Source: Bacteroidota bacterium
GTDB taxonomy: Bacteria; Bacteroidota; Bacteroidia; UBA7662; JAYUJN01
Direction: 5' to 3'
Assembly (NCBI GenBank): GCA_043765195.1
Contig: JAYUJN010000016.1
Coordinates: 17,761 to 81,760 of the forward strand
Length of the DNA stretch: 64,000 nt
A program made the position numbers and the translations under genes. Every line of letters starts with the position of its first letter. Within the stretch, counting starts at the first letter, position 1. The notes beneath the pieces were generated by a model. It did no database searches, was not told the DNA's origin, and saw nothing but the letters and a program-made list of their open reading frames with translations. Of the stretch, positions 9,822-19,989 are shown in pieces.

Positions 9822-10940
9822 ATGTCGGCTTTATACATACACATTCCTTTTTGCAGGCAGGCGTGCCACTACTGCGATTTTCATTTTTCTACCTCGGATA
9901 GCACCCGAAAACCCACCATAAATGCCATAGCCACCGAAATAGGTTTGCGGCGTGGCTACCTGCCCGAGCTGCCGCTGCGTAGCATTTATTTTGGCGGCGG
10001 CACGCCCTCGCTGCTGAATGCGGCGGAGCTAAACCAACTTTTTGAGGCAATACACAAACATTTTACCATTGCCCCAAACGCCGAAATTACCTTAGAAGCC
10101 AACCCCGACGACCTTAATATAGAAAAAATAAAACTGCTGCGCACCACGCCCATAAACCGATTGAGCATAGGCATACAGTCTTTTGACGATGCGCAGCTCA
10201 AACTCATGAACAGGGCGCACAATGCCGAGCAAGCCAAAACCTGCGTAAAAACGGCGCAAGATGCGGGTTTTGAGCGGCTGAGTATCGACCTTATTTTTGC
10301 ATTGCCCAAAATGACCAACCAGCTCTGGATAGAAACCCTGCAACAAGCCGTGGCACTGAATACCAGCCACATTTCGGTTTATGGGCTTACCATAGAGCAA
10401 GGCACTGCGCTGTATAAAATGGTGCAAAAAGGCTTGGTAATGCCGCAAGCCGACGATGCGGCGAGCCAGCATTTTTTGTTGGCGTTGGCGCATTTACAAA
10501 AGCATGGGTTTGAGCAATACGAAATATCCAGCTATGCCAAGCACGGCGACTATGCGGTACACAACAGCAGCTACTGGCAAAACCGCCCTTACTTGGGCGT
10601 GGGTCCGTCGGCGCACAGCTACAACGGCGATAGCAGGCAGTGGAACGTGAGCAGCAACCTGAAATACGTAAAATCTTTGGCAAACGGCGGTGCGGCGACC
10701 GTAGAAATACTAAGCCCCACCGACAAGGCAAATGAGTACATTCTCACCCGTTTGCGCACCAGCGGCGGCATTGTTTTGGAGGAGTTTGGCTTGCTTTTTG
10801 GCGCAAAAAATTTGGCGCACCTGCACACCGAAATGCAAAATTTGGACAAAAACTGGCTCGAAAGCACACCAAAAAAGATAGCACTTAGTACCGAAGGCAA
10901 GCTACTCGCCGACTACATTGCCAGCCAGTTGTTTTTGTAA
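9822..10940 (+). CDS. hemW: Radical SAM heme chaperone HemW / HemN-like oxygen-independent coproporphyrinogen oxidase family
   Basis: 372 aa with an ATG start. The N-terminal radical-SAM cluster motif is IPFCRQACHYCDF (CxxxCxxC). Length and layout fit HemW. Confidence 0.9.
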   Translation: MSALYIHIPFCRQACHYCDFHFSTSDSTRKPTINAIATEIGLRRGYLPELPLRSIYFGGGTPSLLNAAELNQLFEAIHKHFTIAPNAEITLEANPDDLNIEKIKLLRTTPINRLSIGIQSFDDAQLKLMNRAHNAEQAKTCVKTAQDAGFERLSIDLIFALPKMTNQLWIETLQQAVALNTSHISVYGLTIEQGTALYKMVQKGLVMPQADDAASQHFLLALAHLQKHGFEQYEISSYAKHGDYAVHNSSYWQNRPYLGVGPSAHSYNGDSRQWNVSSNLKYVKSLANGGAATVEILSPTDKANEYILTRLRTSGGIVLEEFGLLFGAKNLAHLHTEMQNLDKNWLESTPKKIALSTEGKLLADYIASQLFL

Positions 10941-11351
10941 AAAAACGTGGGCGTATTGCTTCATTTGCTGTACCATGCCCGCAAAACCGTTGGAGCGAGA
11001 CGGCGAAAGGTGCTGGTGCAAGCCTATTGTTTCTATAAAAAAAAGTTGGGCGTGGTGTACGTCTTTGGGCGTTTGCTGGTTGAGCAAATTTATGAGCATG
11101 GCTATCAGCCCTTTGGTAATAATGGCATCGCTGTCGGCAGAAAAATGCAGCTTGCCATCTGGTTGCAGCTCCGCCCAAAGCCACACTTGGGCTTGGCAGC
11201 CTTTTATGCGGTATTGGTCGGTTTTGTATTGGGGTTGTATGGGCTCGAGGGTTTTGCCCAAATCAATGATGTAGTTGTATTTGTCTTCCCATTGCTCCAA
11301 TAGCTCAAAATCGGCTATTATTTCTTGTTGTAGTTCTTCTATGGTCGGCAT
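10902..11351 (-). CDS. sufE: SufE-like cysteine desulfuration (sulfur acceptor) protein
   Basis: 149 aa. It has a SufE-type core around the conserved Cys (RIKGCQAQVWLWAE). Its 3' end overlaps the hemW 3' end by 39 nt in convergent orientation. Confidence 0.8.
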   Translation of the reverse strand: MPTIEELQQEIIADFELLEQWEDKYNYIIDLGKTLEPIQPQYKTDQYRIKGCQAQVWLWAELQPDGKLHFSADSDAIITKGLIAMLINLLNQQTPKDVHHAQLFFIETIGLHQHLSPSRSNGFAGMVQQMKQYAHVFLQKQLAGNVVGE

Positions 11352-11362
11352 TTTGTTTGTGT

Positions 11363-12787
11363 TTAAAGCTGTTTGGCGAGGGCTATCATTTGCGCTTCGG
11401 CGAAGGCTGGCGCGAGCAGTTGCATACCTATTGGTAGGTTTTGGGCGGATTTTTTGGCGGGAAAAGCAATGGCTGCCACGCCTGCGAGGTTGGCGGTTAC
11501 GGTAAATATATCTTCTAAATACATTTGAATGGGGTCTTTTGTTTTCTGACCTATTTCAAAAGCTGGCGTGGGCGTTACGGGCATCAATATACAGTGCGCC
11601 TGCGCAAAAATTTGGTTGATTTGGTCGTGGATTAGCCTGCGCACCTGCTGGGCTTTGGTGTAGTAGGCTTGGTAATAATCGGCGCTTAGTACGTAGTTTC
11701 CGAGCATGATGCGCCGCTTTACTTCTGCCCCAAAACCCTCGGTGCGGGATTGCAGGTAGGTTTGGCTTAGGGTTTGGGCGTGCGGGCTGCGGTGCCCAAA
11801 AAGCACGCCGCTGTACCGAGCCAAGTTCGAGGAACTTTCGGCGGTGGTGAGCAAATAGTAAGTGGCTACGGCGTATTTCAGGTAATCAAAATCCACGGTG
11901 ATGATGGTGTGGTTTTGGGCTTTTAGTTTTTCGATGGTTTGCTCGTAAGCCTGCCACACTTCGGGGTGTATGGCTTGTTTTTGGTCGGCTACCTGCGCCA
12001 GCACGGCTATGGTTTGGCGGCTTGCCTGCGTGGCATTTATTTGGGTGGCGGTGGGTACGGCGTGGGTGGCGGTGGTGGCATCGAGCGGGTCTTTGCCCGC
12101 CATAATGCTAAAAAGCAGTGCGGCATCTTGCACTGTGTGGGTGATCGTACCCACTTGGTCGAGGCTGGAAGCGTAAGCCACCACGCCATACCTCGAAACC
12201 CTGCCGTAGGTTGGTTTTAGCCCCACCAAACCACAAAAAGCGGCGGGCTGGCGTATGCTGCCGCCCGTATCGGTGGCTATGGAGGCAAAACAAAAATCGG
12301 CGGCTACGGCGGCGGCGGAGCCGCCCGACGAGCCGCCAGCCACACGCTGCGTATCGTAAGGGTTGCGCACGGTACCAAAAGCCGAATTTTCGTTGCTGCT
12401 ACCCATCGCAAACTCGTCGCAGTTTTGTCTGCCGATAACGATGGCATCTTGGTCCAGCAAACGCTGCAAAGCCGTAGAAGTGTGCATTGCCACAAAATGC
12501 TCGAGCATTTTAGAGCCTGCGCTGCACACGTGTCCTTTGTACAAAAAAAGGTCTTTTATACCCAAAACCAAGCCAGCCAAACTGCCCGCCGTGCCAGCCG
12601 CTATTTTGGCATCTATTAGTTTGGCTTGCGCCAGGGCTTCGTCGGTGTAAACCTCCAAAAATGCGTTTATCTCTGCGTTTTTTGCGCTAATTTGCGCCAA
12701 ATAATGCAACACAAGTGCCTCGCAAGAGGTTTTCCCTTGCTTAATGTCGGCTTGTATGTGCGCTAACTCGGTGTACCTCAGCCCCAA
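11363..12787 (-). CDS. gatA: Asp/Glu-tRNA amidotransferase subunit A
   Basis: 474 aa with the amidase signature GGSSGGSAAAVA. The listed start at 12787 is TTG, and there is no nearby in-frame ATG. Confidence 0.93.
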   Translation of the reverse strand: MGLRYTELAHIQADIKQGKTSCEALVLHYLAQISAKNAEINAFLEVYTDEALAQAKLIDAKIAAGTAGSLAGLVLGIKDLFLYKGHVCSAGSKMLEHFVAMHTSTALQRLLDQDAIVIGRQNCDEFAMGSSNENSAFGTVRNPYDTQRVAGGSSGGSAAAVAADFCFASIATDTGGSIRQPAAFCGLVGLKPTYGRVSRYGVVAYASSLDQVGTITHTVQDAALLFSIMAGKDPLDATTATHAVPTATQINATQASRQTIAVLAQVADQKQAIHPEVWQAYEQTIEKLKAQNHTIITVDFDYLKYAVATYYLLTTAESSSNLARYSGVLFGHRSPHAQTLSQTYLQSRTEGFGAEVKRRIMLGNYVLSADYYQAYYTKAQQVRRLIHDQINQIFAQAHCILMPVTPTPAFEIGQKTKDPIQMYLEDIFTVTANLAGVAAIAFPAKKSAQNLPIGMQLLAPAFAEAQMIALAKQL

Positions 12788-12792
12788 AACCT

Positions 12793-12978
12793 TTATTTTT
12801 TTGGGTCAGCGTTGTTTATTTCGCTTTCTATGTCACGCTTTACACCCGCCGATGCGTCTTTGAACTCACGTATGCCTTTGCCTAAGCCACGAGCAAGTTC
12901 TGGGAGTTTTTTTCCCCCAAAAAATAAAAGTACAATGAGCAATATAATTATTACCTCTTGTGTGCCTAATCCCATCAT
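12793..12978 (-). CDS. tatA: Twin-arginine translocase subunit TatA/E
   Basis: I trimmed the 72-aa track ORF to MMGLGTQEVIIILLIVLLFFGGKKLPELARGLGKGIREFK: one TM helix plus an amphipathic helix, as in TatA. Confidence 0.85.
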   Translation of the reverse strand: MMGLGTQEVIIILLIVLLFFGGKKLPELARGLGKGIREFKDASAGVKRDIESEINNADPKK

Positions 12979-13109
12979 GGTTTTTTTGTTTGATGTAAAA
13001 TATTTGTACAAAGTTCAGGGTTTTCGCTGGACTTTACAAGTTAAAAATTATTATTTCTACGGCTCTAACCCAACATAAACCTAAAAATGAGCGGTTTATG
13101 CCCAAAAAC

Positions 13110-14765
13110 CTACTCGAAACGCAGCTTGCACAGGCTATATGTATCCGAGCTTAGTTTTATACCCAAAAACCGACTGGCATTCTTGCTGCTGTAAATCACC
13201 ATTTCGTTGGCGTTTATTTGCTTGCCACGGTTGGGCTGCAAATAGCTTTTTTTGTCTTTGTTCGAAAAAAGGATTTTTTTGGTTACCGAGCCAGCCGCAT
13301 CTACCGAGGCTATGGCTACCACATTGCGCTGCGGATTGCGGCTTATGTTGTAAAACCCTCGGCTGTTCTGCTCAAAATTTCGTGGATTGTCGTTGAAAAT
13401 AAAGTGCAGCTTGCTGTCGTGTACCATCAGCGAATACGACGATTGGTAGCCGCCATCGTTCACGCTGGTTTGGTATTTGGGTATCACGCTGCTCCATTCT
13501 ATGTCGCCTTTTGGGCTTACGGAGGTTACTATCAAGTCCAAATAATTGTAGTAGGTTGTGGTGTGTATAATGCCGTTGGCATCACGGGTTTGAACGGTAT
13601 AAACATTTATAAATTCCGAAATGATGACCAAACCGCCATCGTCTCTCAAAATAAACTTGCGTGGCTCAAAATAAGGGCTGACCGCCAAGCCGCCATCTTT
13701 GGTTTTTAGCGTGCCGTTGCGTTGTTTTAGCTCCTGCTCAAAATTGGTATCGAACGGTTTTAGGCTTACCGCCTTGGTTTGCTTGGTGTTGCCATCTATG
13801 AGCGCATAAAAAATGCCCGTTAGCCCCTGCCCGCCCAGTGCGCCCACAATGCCCCGTGCCTTACTGGTTTCGTCGGCATAAAAGCCCGCCACCACCACTT
13901 CGTTTTTGCTGGTTAGCTTGTATTTTAGGTTTACTATCTGCTTTTTGGGCAATGAAATTTCGTATTCTTTCGGTATTTTTTCGGTGGCGTTGTATTGCAG
14001 CAATACATATTTAAAGCCCGATTCTCTTTTACCGTCGTCTCTGCGTTTGGTTTCTTGGCGCATTTCCTGTTCGTATAGCTTGCATAGCACAAACACATCG
14101 CCGTTGTTGTCCACGGAGCAGTTTATAATGTCGAGCTTGCGTGCGCTGTACGGCATCACAATGCTTTTGCTCCATATTTCGTTTAGGTTGTAGTCGTACA
14201 CACCAAATGCCAATTTGTCTTTTTCTGCTTTTTCGTAGCGCTCCACCTCAAAATAAACCAGTGCCTTGGTCGTATCTTCGCTGGTGGTTATGTTTATGTT
14301 GGCACGGTCGGCACGCTGCTCAAAATCATAACTGAGCAGGCTTTTGGGCTTGCCGTCCACCTTGCCATTTGGGGCTATGGCGATGCCGTACACGGTTTGG
14401 GTGCGGCTGCTGCGCTCGTATTTGGAGGTAAACATCAAAAATCCTTTTTTCATATACACAAACTCATCGAGCGCATATTTGCTGTCGTCGGTGGTGCTAA
14501 GGCTGTAATCTTGGGTAAATGCAAGGTTCATTTTATCGTCAAACTTTTGCAAAATTGGGGTAACTTTGCGGTTCAAAAGCCCGCCACTATACACGTTTTT
14601 TAGTATGTAAATGCCCGAGTTATCGCCTTGCAGCACATTTGTTACCGACTCCCGAAACGGGTTAAAGGGCGTCGCTACCGACCATTGGCTGGTTACTTTT
14701 TGGGCAAAGGCAGTGCCGAAAAAAAAGACGATTAAAAATGTTGTATTTCGGAAAAAAATTAGCAT
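13110..14765 (-). CDS. Hypothetical secreted protein
   Basis: 551 aa with an ATG start and the N-terminal signal-like sequence MLIFFRNTTFLIVFFFGTAFAQ. I recognise no catalytic motif. Confidence 0.7.
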   Translation of the reverse strand: MLIFFRNTTFLIVFFFGTAFAQKVTSQWSVATPFNPFRESVTNVLQGDNSGIYILKNVYSGGLLNRKVTPILQKFDDKMNLAFTQDYSLSTTDDSKYALDEFVYMKKGFLMFTSKYERSSRTQTVYGIAIAPNGKVDGKPKSLLSYDFEQRADRANINITTSEDTTKALVYFEVERYEKAEKDKLAFGVYDYNLNEIWSKSIVMPYSARKLDIINCSVDNNGDVFVLCKLYEQEMRQETKRRDDGKRESGFKYVLLQYNATEKIPKEYEISLPKKQIVNLKYKLTSKNEVVVAGFYADETSKARGIVGALGGQGLTGIFYALIDGNTKQTKAVSLKPFDTNFEQELKQRNGTLKTKDGGLAVSPYFEPRKFILRDDGGLVIISEFINVYTVQTRDANGIIHTTTYYNYLDLIVTSVSPKGDIEWSSVIPKYQTSVNDGGYQSSYSLMVHDSKLHFIFNDNPRNFEQNSRGFYNISRNPQRNVVAIASVDAAGSVTKKILFSNKDKKSYLQPNRGKQINANEMVIYSSKNASRFLGIKLSSDTYSLCKLRFE

Positions 14766-14809
14766 CTTTGATACAGTTTTAAAGATTAAAAATAAAACCC
14801 CAAAGTTAA

Positions 14810-15679
14810 ATGATAAACCTTTATAAAATGCTTAAATGTTTGGGTATTTGCGCCGTTTTTTTGTGCAGCCAAACGGCTGTGTGCCAAACCCTAAAAACCG
14901 ATACGCTGAAAAATAAGGCGCAGAGCCGCACCCAAATTATTTTTATAGACGACGACAAAGATGCCGCCAGTGTGTTGCAAAGAAAAGAAAAATACGTGGC
15001 TTATCCGCAGTATTTTTTGAAAATGCGCCCTTTTTCCATCATCACGGGCAAAGTACCCATTTACCTTGAGGTAGTACAAACCAAGCATTTAGCCTACGAA
15101 GTTGGGCTGGGCATCACTACCCAAAACTTTTTGTTTGGTACGGAGTATCAAGGTAATTTTGGTTCTATTTATCCTAACAGCAGCGGCATAAGCGATGTGG
15201 TGTGGAATGTGGCACAAAGCGACCTGCCCATTGCAGAGTTTGGTAGAAACAACCAAATCGTATCGCCCGTGAGCAGTTTGGGCGTTTTTGCCTCTGTTTC
15301 GGGGCGGTATTATTTCACAAAATACACCGACAACGCCAGCTACATAGCCCTCACCGCCGATTTTAGAAACTACAAATCGAGCACCGCAACCTTTGCGGGG
15401 CGCAGCAACACCAACCCCACGGGCTTCGCCTTCGACGAAACCAACCGCCTGACGCAAAGGCTCAATACCCAAAATTTTGCGTTCAACATTGGGGTTACCA
15501 CCCAAACAGGCTCGCTCACTTTCGACAATTATTTGGGCTTCGGGCTAAGGCGCATAAACAGCAAACAAGCCGCATTTGGCGAAACGGTAAACGGCTTACC
15601 CGCAAACGGAAGTTTTGGCTATAAAGCCGTAGAACCCATTATTACCTCTGGCTTTTGCATCGGATTCAAACTCAAATAA
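14810..15679 (+). CDS. Hypothetical exported protein, possibly an outer-membrane beta-barrel
   Basis: 289 aa with a signal-like N-terminus (MLKCLGICAVFLCSQTAVCQ; alternative start at 14828) and alternating aromatic/polar strands towards the C-terminus. Confidence 0.6.
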   Translation: MINLYKMLKCLGICAVFLCSQTAVCQTLKTDTLKNKAQSRTQIIFIDDDKDAASVLQRKEKYVAYPQYFLKMRPFSIITGKVPIYLEVVQTKHLAYEVGLGITTQNFLFGTEYQGNFGSIYPNSSGISDVVWNVAQSDLPIAEFGRNNQIVSPVSSLGVFASVSGRYYFTKYTDNASYIALTADFRNYKSSTATFAGRSNTNPTGFAFDETNRLTQRLNTQNFAFNIGVTTQTGSLTFDNYLGFGLRRINSKQAAFGETVNGLPANGSFGYKAVEPIITSGFCIGFKLK

Positions 15680-15718
15680 CAACCATTTTCAATCTAAAAC
15701 AATAATTATACCCAACCA

Positions 15719-16198
15719 ATGACTTCTATTTACTTACAAAAAGGCGACCAAGCACCACATTTTAGGCTACACGACAGCGACAAACAAATTGTGGATTTAA
15801 ACGATTTTTCGGGCAAAAACCTCGTGGTTCTGTTCTTTCCGCTCGCATTTACGGGCGTATGCACCACAGAGCTTTGCAGTGTGCGAGACGACCTTGCTTT
15901 TTACAACCAAATGAGTGCCAGCGTAGTAGGCATTTCGGTGGACTCACTTTTTACCCTCGAAAAATTCAAAGCCGAACAAAACATCAACTTTCCGCTGCTA
16001 TCCGACTTTAACAAAGAAGCCGCCGAGGCTTACGGCTGCCTCTATGCCGAATTTGTGCTGGGTATGCGTGGCGTAGCCAAACGCTCGGCTTTTGTGATAG
16101 ATAAAACGGGCAAAATAGCCTATGCCGAAGTACTAAGCTCGGCGGGCGACTTACCAAACTTCGAAGCCATTAAAGAAACATTGGCGGAGTTGGATTAA
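15719..16198 (+). CDS. Peroxiredoxin (AhpC/TSA-redoxin family)
   Basis: 159 aa with the peroxidatic Cys context FPLAFTGVCTTELC. Confidence 0.85.
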   Translation: MTSIYLQKGDQAPHFRLHDSDKQIVDLNDFSGKNLVVLFFPLAFTGVCTTELCSVRDDLAFYNQMSASVVGISVDSLFTLEKFKAEQNINFPLLSDFNKEAAEAYGCLYAEFVLGMRGVAKRSAFVIDKTGKIAYAEVLSSAGDLPNFEAIKETLAELD

Positions 16199-17187
16199 AC
16201 CACACAAATAAGCACCAAAATGAGCATCGCTACGCCCAAAAAAAACTGAAACTTCGGGTTGGTAGCGGTGCTGATGGTGGCTTCGTAGGCTTTTTTTTGC
16301 AGGCTTTGTAGGTTGTTTTGTATAAACGACTGCGCCTGCCCCACGTCCGTGGCGTGCAAATAACTACCGCCGCCGCTGGTGGCTACCTGCGCCAGCAAGC
16401 GGCTGTTTAGCTTTGTTAGCACCAGCTCGCCCGCCTCATTTTTTTTAAATTCGGTGCGTGTGCTATCCGTAAAAAGTTTGCTGCCTTGCTCCGTTCCGAT
16501 GCCGATGGTATGCACAAAAATGTTTTTTTCGAGCGCATTTTTAGCCGCCGTTTGGGCATCGCCCTGCAAATCTTCGCCGTCACTGATTAAAAAAATAATG
16601 CGGTTTTTGAGTTTTGTATTGTCCGCTTGCCGCTCAAAAAAATCGGTGGCAAGCTCTATGGCTCGGCTGCTATAACTGCCCTGCGTGGGCGGCGCTTGGG
16701 TGGTTATTTCGTCTATCAAAAGCTGGGCAGCCCCCAAATCACTGGTGAGCGGCAGTTGCGGGTATGCGTCGCCAGCGTAAAGCACGATGCCAAACCTGTT
16801 GTTTTGGAGCTGGCTCACGGCTTGGCGCATTATTTTTTTTGCCAAATCCAAGCGGTTGGGCTGCACGTCGGTAGCCATCATACTGCCCGAGGCATCTACC
16901 ACAAACACAATGTCCACGCCGTTTCGCAGCACTTTTTTGGTGGCTGCGCCCCACTGCGGGTTGCACAATGCCACCACCATTGCCGCCAAACAAACCATTT
17001 GTGCCACAAAAATATATACATACCGCTTAGGGTTGTTTTTTTGGGTAAAAACCGATTGCCAAAGCGCAGGATTAATGCGTGAAACCACTGCATTTCGCCA
17101 TTTTTGATACCTAAAAAAAGCAAAAGCCACCACAATTAGCCCAATTATAAGCCACAAATAATGCAATTGTTCAAAAAAATGGAGCAT
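16195..17187 (-). CDS. BatA-like von Willebrand factor A domain membrane protein
   Basis: MIDAS motif VDIVFVVDASGSM, with N- and C-terminal TM helices. The track ORF starts at a TTG (17223); the first ATG (MLHFFEQLHYLWL) is at 17187. Confidence 0.8.
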   Translation of the reverse strand: MLHFFEQLHYLWLIIGLIVVAFAFFRYQKWRNAVVSRINPALWQSVFTQKNNPKRYVYIFVAQMVCLAAMVVALCNPQWGAATKKVLRNGVDIVFVVDASGSMMATDVQPNRLDLAKKIMRQAVSQLQNNRFGIVLYAGDAYPQLPLTSDLGAAQLLIDEITTQAPPTQGSYSSRAIELATDFFERQADNTKLKNRIIFLISDGEDLQGDAQTAAKNALEKNIFVHTIGIGTEQGSKLFTDSTRTEFKKNEAGELVLTKLNSRLLAQVATSGGGSYLHATDVGQAQSFIQNNLQSLQKKAYEATISTATNPKFQFFLGVAMLILVLICVV

Positions 17188-17230
17188 GGTAATACAGCTA
17201 TTGTTGAATAAAACACAAACCAAGCCCGTT

Positions 17231-17617
17231 TTATGGGTTGTTTTGCAGGGCTACCACCGATATTTCTACGTTTGCGCCCAGCGGCAACTGGCTTACTTGC
17301 ACGGTTTCTCGGGCGGGCGGCGCATCAAAAAAGTAAGTGGCGTACACCTCATTCACCGCCGCAAAATCGCTCATATCCATCAAATAAATGGTGGTTTTCA
17401 CCACATTTTTCAGCTCTGTATCCGCTGCCACCAGTATCACTTGCAGGTTTTTCATTACCTGATGCGTTTCGGTGCGTATGTCGTTTTGCTGCATAGTTCC
17501 CGTTTGGGCATTTAAGGCTATTTGCCCCGATACATACACAAAACCCTGTGCGGCTACGGCTTGGCTATACGGTCCGATGGGTGCGGGCGCAAGCGGACTA
17601 AATATTATTTTTTTCAT
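17231..17617 (-). CDS. ridA: RidA/YjgF-family reactive intermediate deaminase
   Basis: 128 aa. PIGPYSQAV...VSGQI and the C-terminal EISVVA pattern are typical of the RidA family. Confidence 0.88.
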   Translation of the reverse strand: MKKIIFSPLAPAPIGPYSQAVAAQGFVYVSGQIALNAQTGTMQQNDIRTETHQVMKNLQVILVAADTELKNVVKTTIYLMDMSDFAAVNEVYATYFFDAPPARETVQVSQLPLGANVEISVVALQNNP

Positions 17618-17629
17618 GCGTTGTCGGTT

Positions 17630-18913
17630 TTAAAATGTGAGCGGAAGCACCATTTTGGTTTTATTTCGCAGTATAGTTACGGTGGTGGCTACGCCTTTGG
17701 TTTGTGTACTCAGGGCTTTCATGTACGCCATCATGTCGTTTATGGGTGTGCTACCCAGTGCTACAATGATGTCGTTGGCTTTCAAACCTGCTTTTTCGGC
17801 GGGTTTTCCGTCGGTTACGCCGTCTATTTTTAGCCCTTCGCCCTCATAGGTATAGTCGGGCAATATGCCCATCGTTACCATAAAGCGTGGCGTATCTTGG
17901 CTGGCTTCCTCTTTGGTTTTACTAAAATTTATTTTGGTTTGGTCGTTCAGTTTTTGTATCAGGGCGAGCATATAGTTTATAATGGTGGCTTCGCCTTTGT
18001 AGTTTATGTACTTAATGTCGTCGGTTGGTTTGTGGTATTGGGTGTGTATGCCCGTAAAAAAATGCAGCACGGGTATGTCTTTTAGGTAAAAAGACGTATG
18101 GTCCGAGGGTCCGATGCCCGAGCTGGTGGTTTTAAACCTAAGTTTTTTTTGCCAAGCGGCGGTATCCATCACTGCCGCCCAATCGGTGGAAGTACCCACG
18201 CCGTTTACAATCAGCACATTTTCTTTGTTTAGCCTGCCTATCATATCCATATTCAGCATACAATTTACGGAACTTAGCGGAATGGTCGGATTGTTCGAAA
18301 AAAACTTAGAGCCATAAAGCCCCATTTCTTCGCCCGAAAAAGCAATAAACAAATAATTGTAATTGCGGTATGGCGTGGGGTTTTGGGCTATATTTCGGGC
18401 TATTTCTATGAGTGCGGCTGTGCCGCTGGCGTTGTCGTCGGCACCATTGTGTATTTGGGGCGGCTCATTGTTTTTGGGCGTAAACAGCGAGCCAGCGTTT
18501 CCGTAGCCGAGGTGGTCGTAGTGCGCACCTATTATAATGGTGTGTTTGGCTTGGTTGTTTAGGTAGCCCACCACGTTTTGGGCTTTGCCTTTTTGCACGG
18601 AGTCGGCGAGCATTTTTTGTATGTTGGCGGTATCGTGCGGCGATTTTTTTAGGGAGAACTGAAAGTTTTGCAAATAGCTATTTACCGCATCGCCCTGTGG
18701 CGACAAGCCTATTTCGGCAAACTGCGCCACCAGATACTGCGCCGCCAAGTTTGCGCCCGCCGTGTTTGGGCTACGACCCTCGAGGGCATCGCTGGCTAAG
18801 TACGCTATATGTTTTTTTAGGTTTTTTGTGGTGGTTTTTGCCTCAAAACCTTGGGCGCACAAGCTCGTTTTTACTAAAAAAAGGCAAAAAATGAGGGCTA
18901 TTTTAAGGTACAT
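17630..18913 (-). CDS. M28-family aminopeptidase with a C-terminal PDZ domain
   Basis: Trimmed to MYLKIALIFCLFLVKTSLCAQ (signal peptide; ATG at 18913). The track's extra 80 N-terminal residues are Arg/His/Lys-rich read-through that overlaps pheS. It has an M28 core (GAHYDHLG, GADDNASG, FSGEEMGLYGS) and a PDZ-like tail (GLKANDIIVALG). Confidence 0.85.
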   Translation of the reverse strand: MYLKIALIFCLFLVKTSLCAQGFEAKTTTKNLKKHIAYLASDALEGRSPNTAGANLAAQYLVAQFAEIGLSPQGDAVNSYLQNFQFSLKKSPHDTANIQKMLADSVQKGKAQNVVGYLNNQAKHTIIIGAHYDHLGYGNAGSLFTPKNNEPPQIHNGADDNASGTAALIEIARNIAQNPTPYRNYNYLFIAFSGEEMGLYGSKFFSNNPTIPLSSVNCMLNMDMIGRLNKENVLIVNGVGTSTDWAAVMDTAAWQKKLRFKTTSSGIGPSDHTSFYLKDIPVLHFFTGIHTQYHKPTDDIKYINYKGEATIINYMLALIQKLNDQTKINFSKTKEEASQDTPRFMVTMGILPDYTYEGEGLKIDGVTDGKPAEKAGLKANDIIVALGSTPINDMMAYMKALSTQTKGVATTVTILRNKTKMVLPLTF

Positions 18914-18924
18914 TTGGTTGTGTT

Positions 18925-19932
18925 TTAGGCGAATTGTTGTAAAAAGCGCAGGTCGTTTTCGTAAAAAAGCCGTAGGTCGTTTATTTGGTATTTTAGCATC
19001 GTAATGCGCTCTATGCCCATGCCAAAGGCGTAACCGTTGTATATTTCGGTGTCTATGCCGCAGTTTTGCAGCACTTTTGGGTTTACCATGCCGCAGCCCA
19101 ATATTTCTACCCAGCCCGAGTTTTTGCACACGTTGCAGCCTTTGCTGCTGCAAATGAGGCAGGTTATGTCCATTTCGGCGCTTGGCTCTGTAAACGGAAA
19201 GTACGATGGGCGGAAGCGCACCTCAATGTCTGCGCCAAACATTTCTTTTACAAAATGGTAGAGCGTTTGTTTGAGCTGCACAAAAGATGCGTCGTGGGCT
19301 ACGTACAAGCCCTCCACTTGGTGAAAAAGGCAGTGCGCCCGTGCCGAAATGGTTTCGTTGCGATAGACCCTACCTGGCGAAATGGTGCGAATGGGCAGCA
19401 GCCCTTTTTGCATTTCTTTTACCTGCACCGATGAGGTGTGCGTGCGCAGCAGCACTTTGGCGGCTTGGCTCACAAAAAAAGTATCTTGCATATCTCGGGC
19501 GGGGTGGTGCGGCTCAAAATTGAGTGCCTCAAAATTGTGCCAGTCGTCGGTTATTTCGGGTCCTTCGGAGATGTTAAAGCCCAAACGCTCGAAAATATCG
19601 GTGATTTGGCTGCGCACGAGCTGCAACGGGTGCCGCCCGCCGCTTGCCTGTGCGGGCGGGGGCAAAGTAAGGTCGGGCGTGGGCTCACCGCTTGCTTGGG
19701 CGGGCATGCTGCGCTCCTTCAAAAGTGCGTGCTTGGCTTCCGCCGCTTGTTTTAAGCCATTTAGGAGCTGCCCCACCAAACGTTTTTCGTCGCCCGAAAC
19801 CTGTTTAAACAGCTCCATGAGGTCGGCTATCGAGCCCTTTTTGCTCAAATATTTTAGCCTAAACTGCTCGGCATCACTGGCATTGTACTGCTCTATTTCT
19901 TCTAATAATTGTTGTATTTGCGCTTGCATCAT
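18925..19932 (-). CDS. pheS: Phenylalanine--tRNA ligase alpha subunit
   Basis: About 335 aa with class II aaRS motifs (FRPSYFPFTEPSAEMD, GMGIERI). The track start at 19935 is TTG, immediately followed by ATG ATG. Confidence 0.95.
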   Translation of the reverse strand: MMQAQIQQLLEEIEQYNASDAEQFRLKYLSKKGSIADLMELFKQVSGDEKRLVGQLLNGLKQAAEAKHALLKERSMPAQASGEPTPDLTLPPPAQASGGRHPLQLVRSQITDIFERLGFNISEGPEITDDWHNFEALNFEPHHPARDMQDTFFVSQAAKVLLRTHTSSVQVKEMQKGLLPIRTISPGRVYRNETISARAHCLFHQVEGLYVAHDASFVQLKQTLYHFVKEMFGADIEVRFRPSYFPFTEPSAEMDITCLICSSKGCNVCKNSGWVEILGCGMVNPKVLQNCGIDTEIYNGYAFGMGIERITMLKYQINDLRLFYENDLRFLQQFA

Positions 19933-19950
19933 CAAAAAATGGTTAATCTA

Positions 19951-19958
19951 CAAAGTTA
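19951..19958 (-). promoter_or_regulatory. -7 box TAACTTTG upstream of pheS
   Basis: The plus strand reads caaagtta, i.e. TAnnTTTG on the minus strand, about 19 nt upstream of the pheS ATG. Confidence 0.5.
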
Positions 19959-19989
19959 GCCCTAATTTATTTTTTATTCTACTAATTTT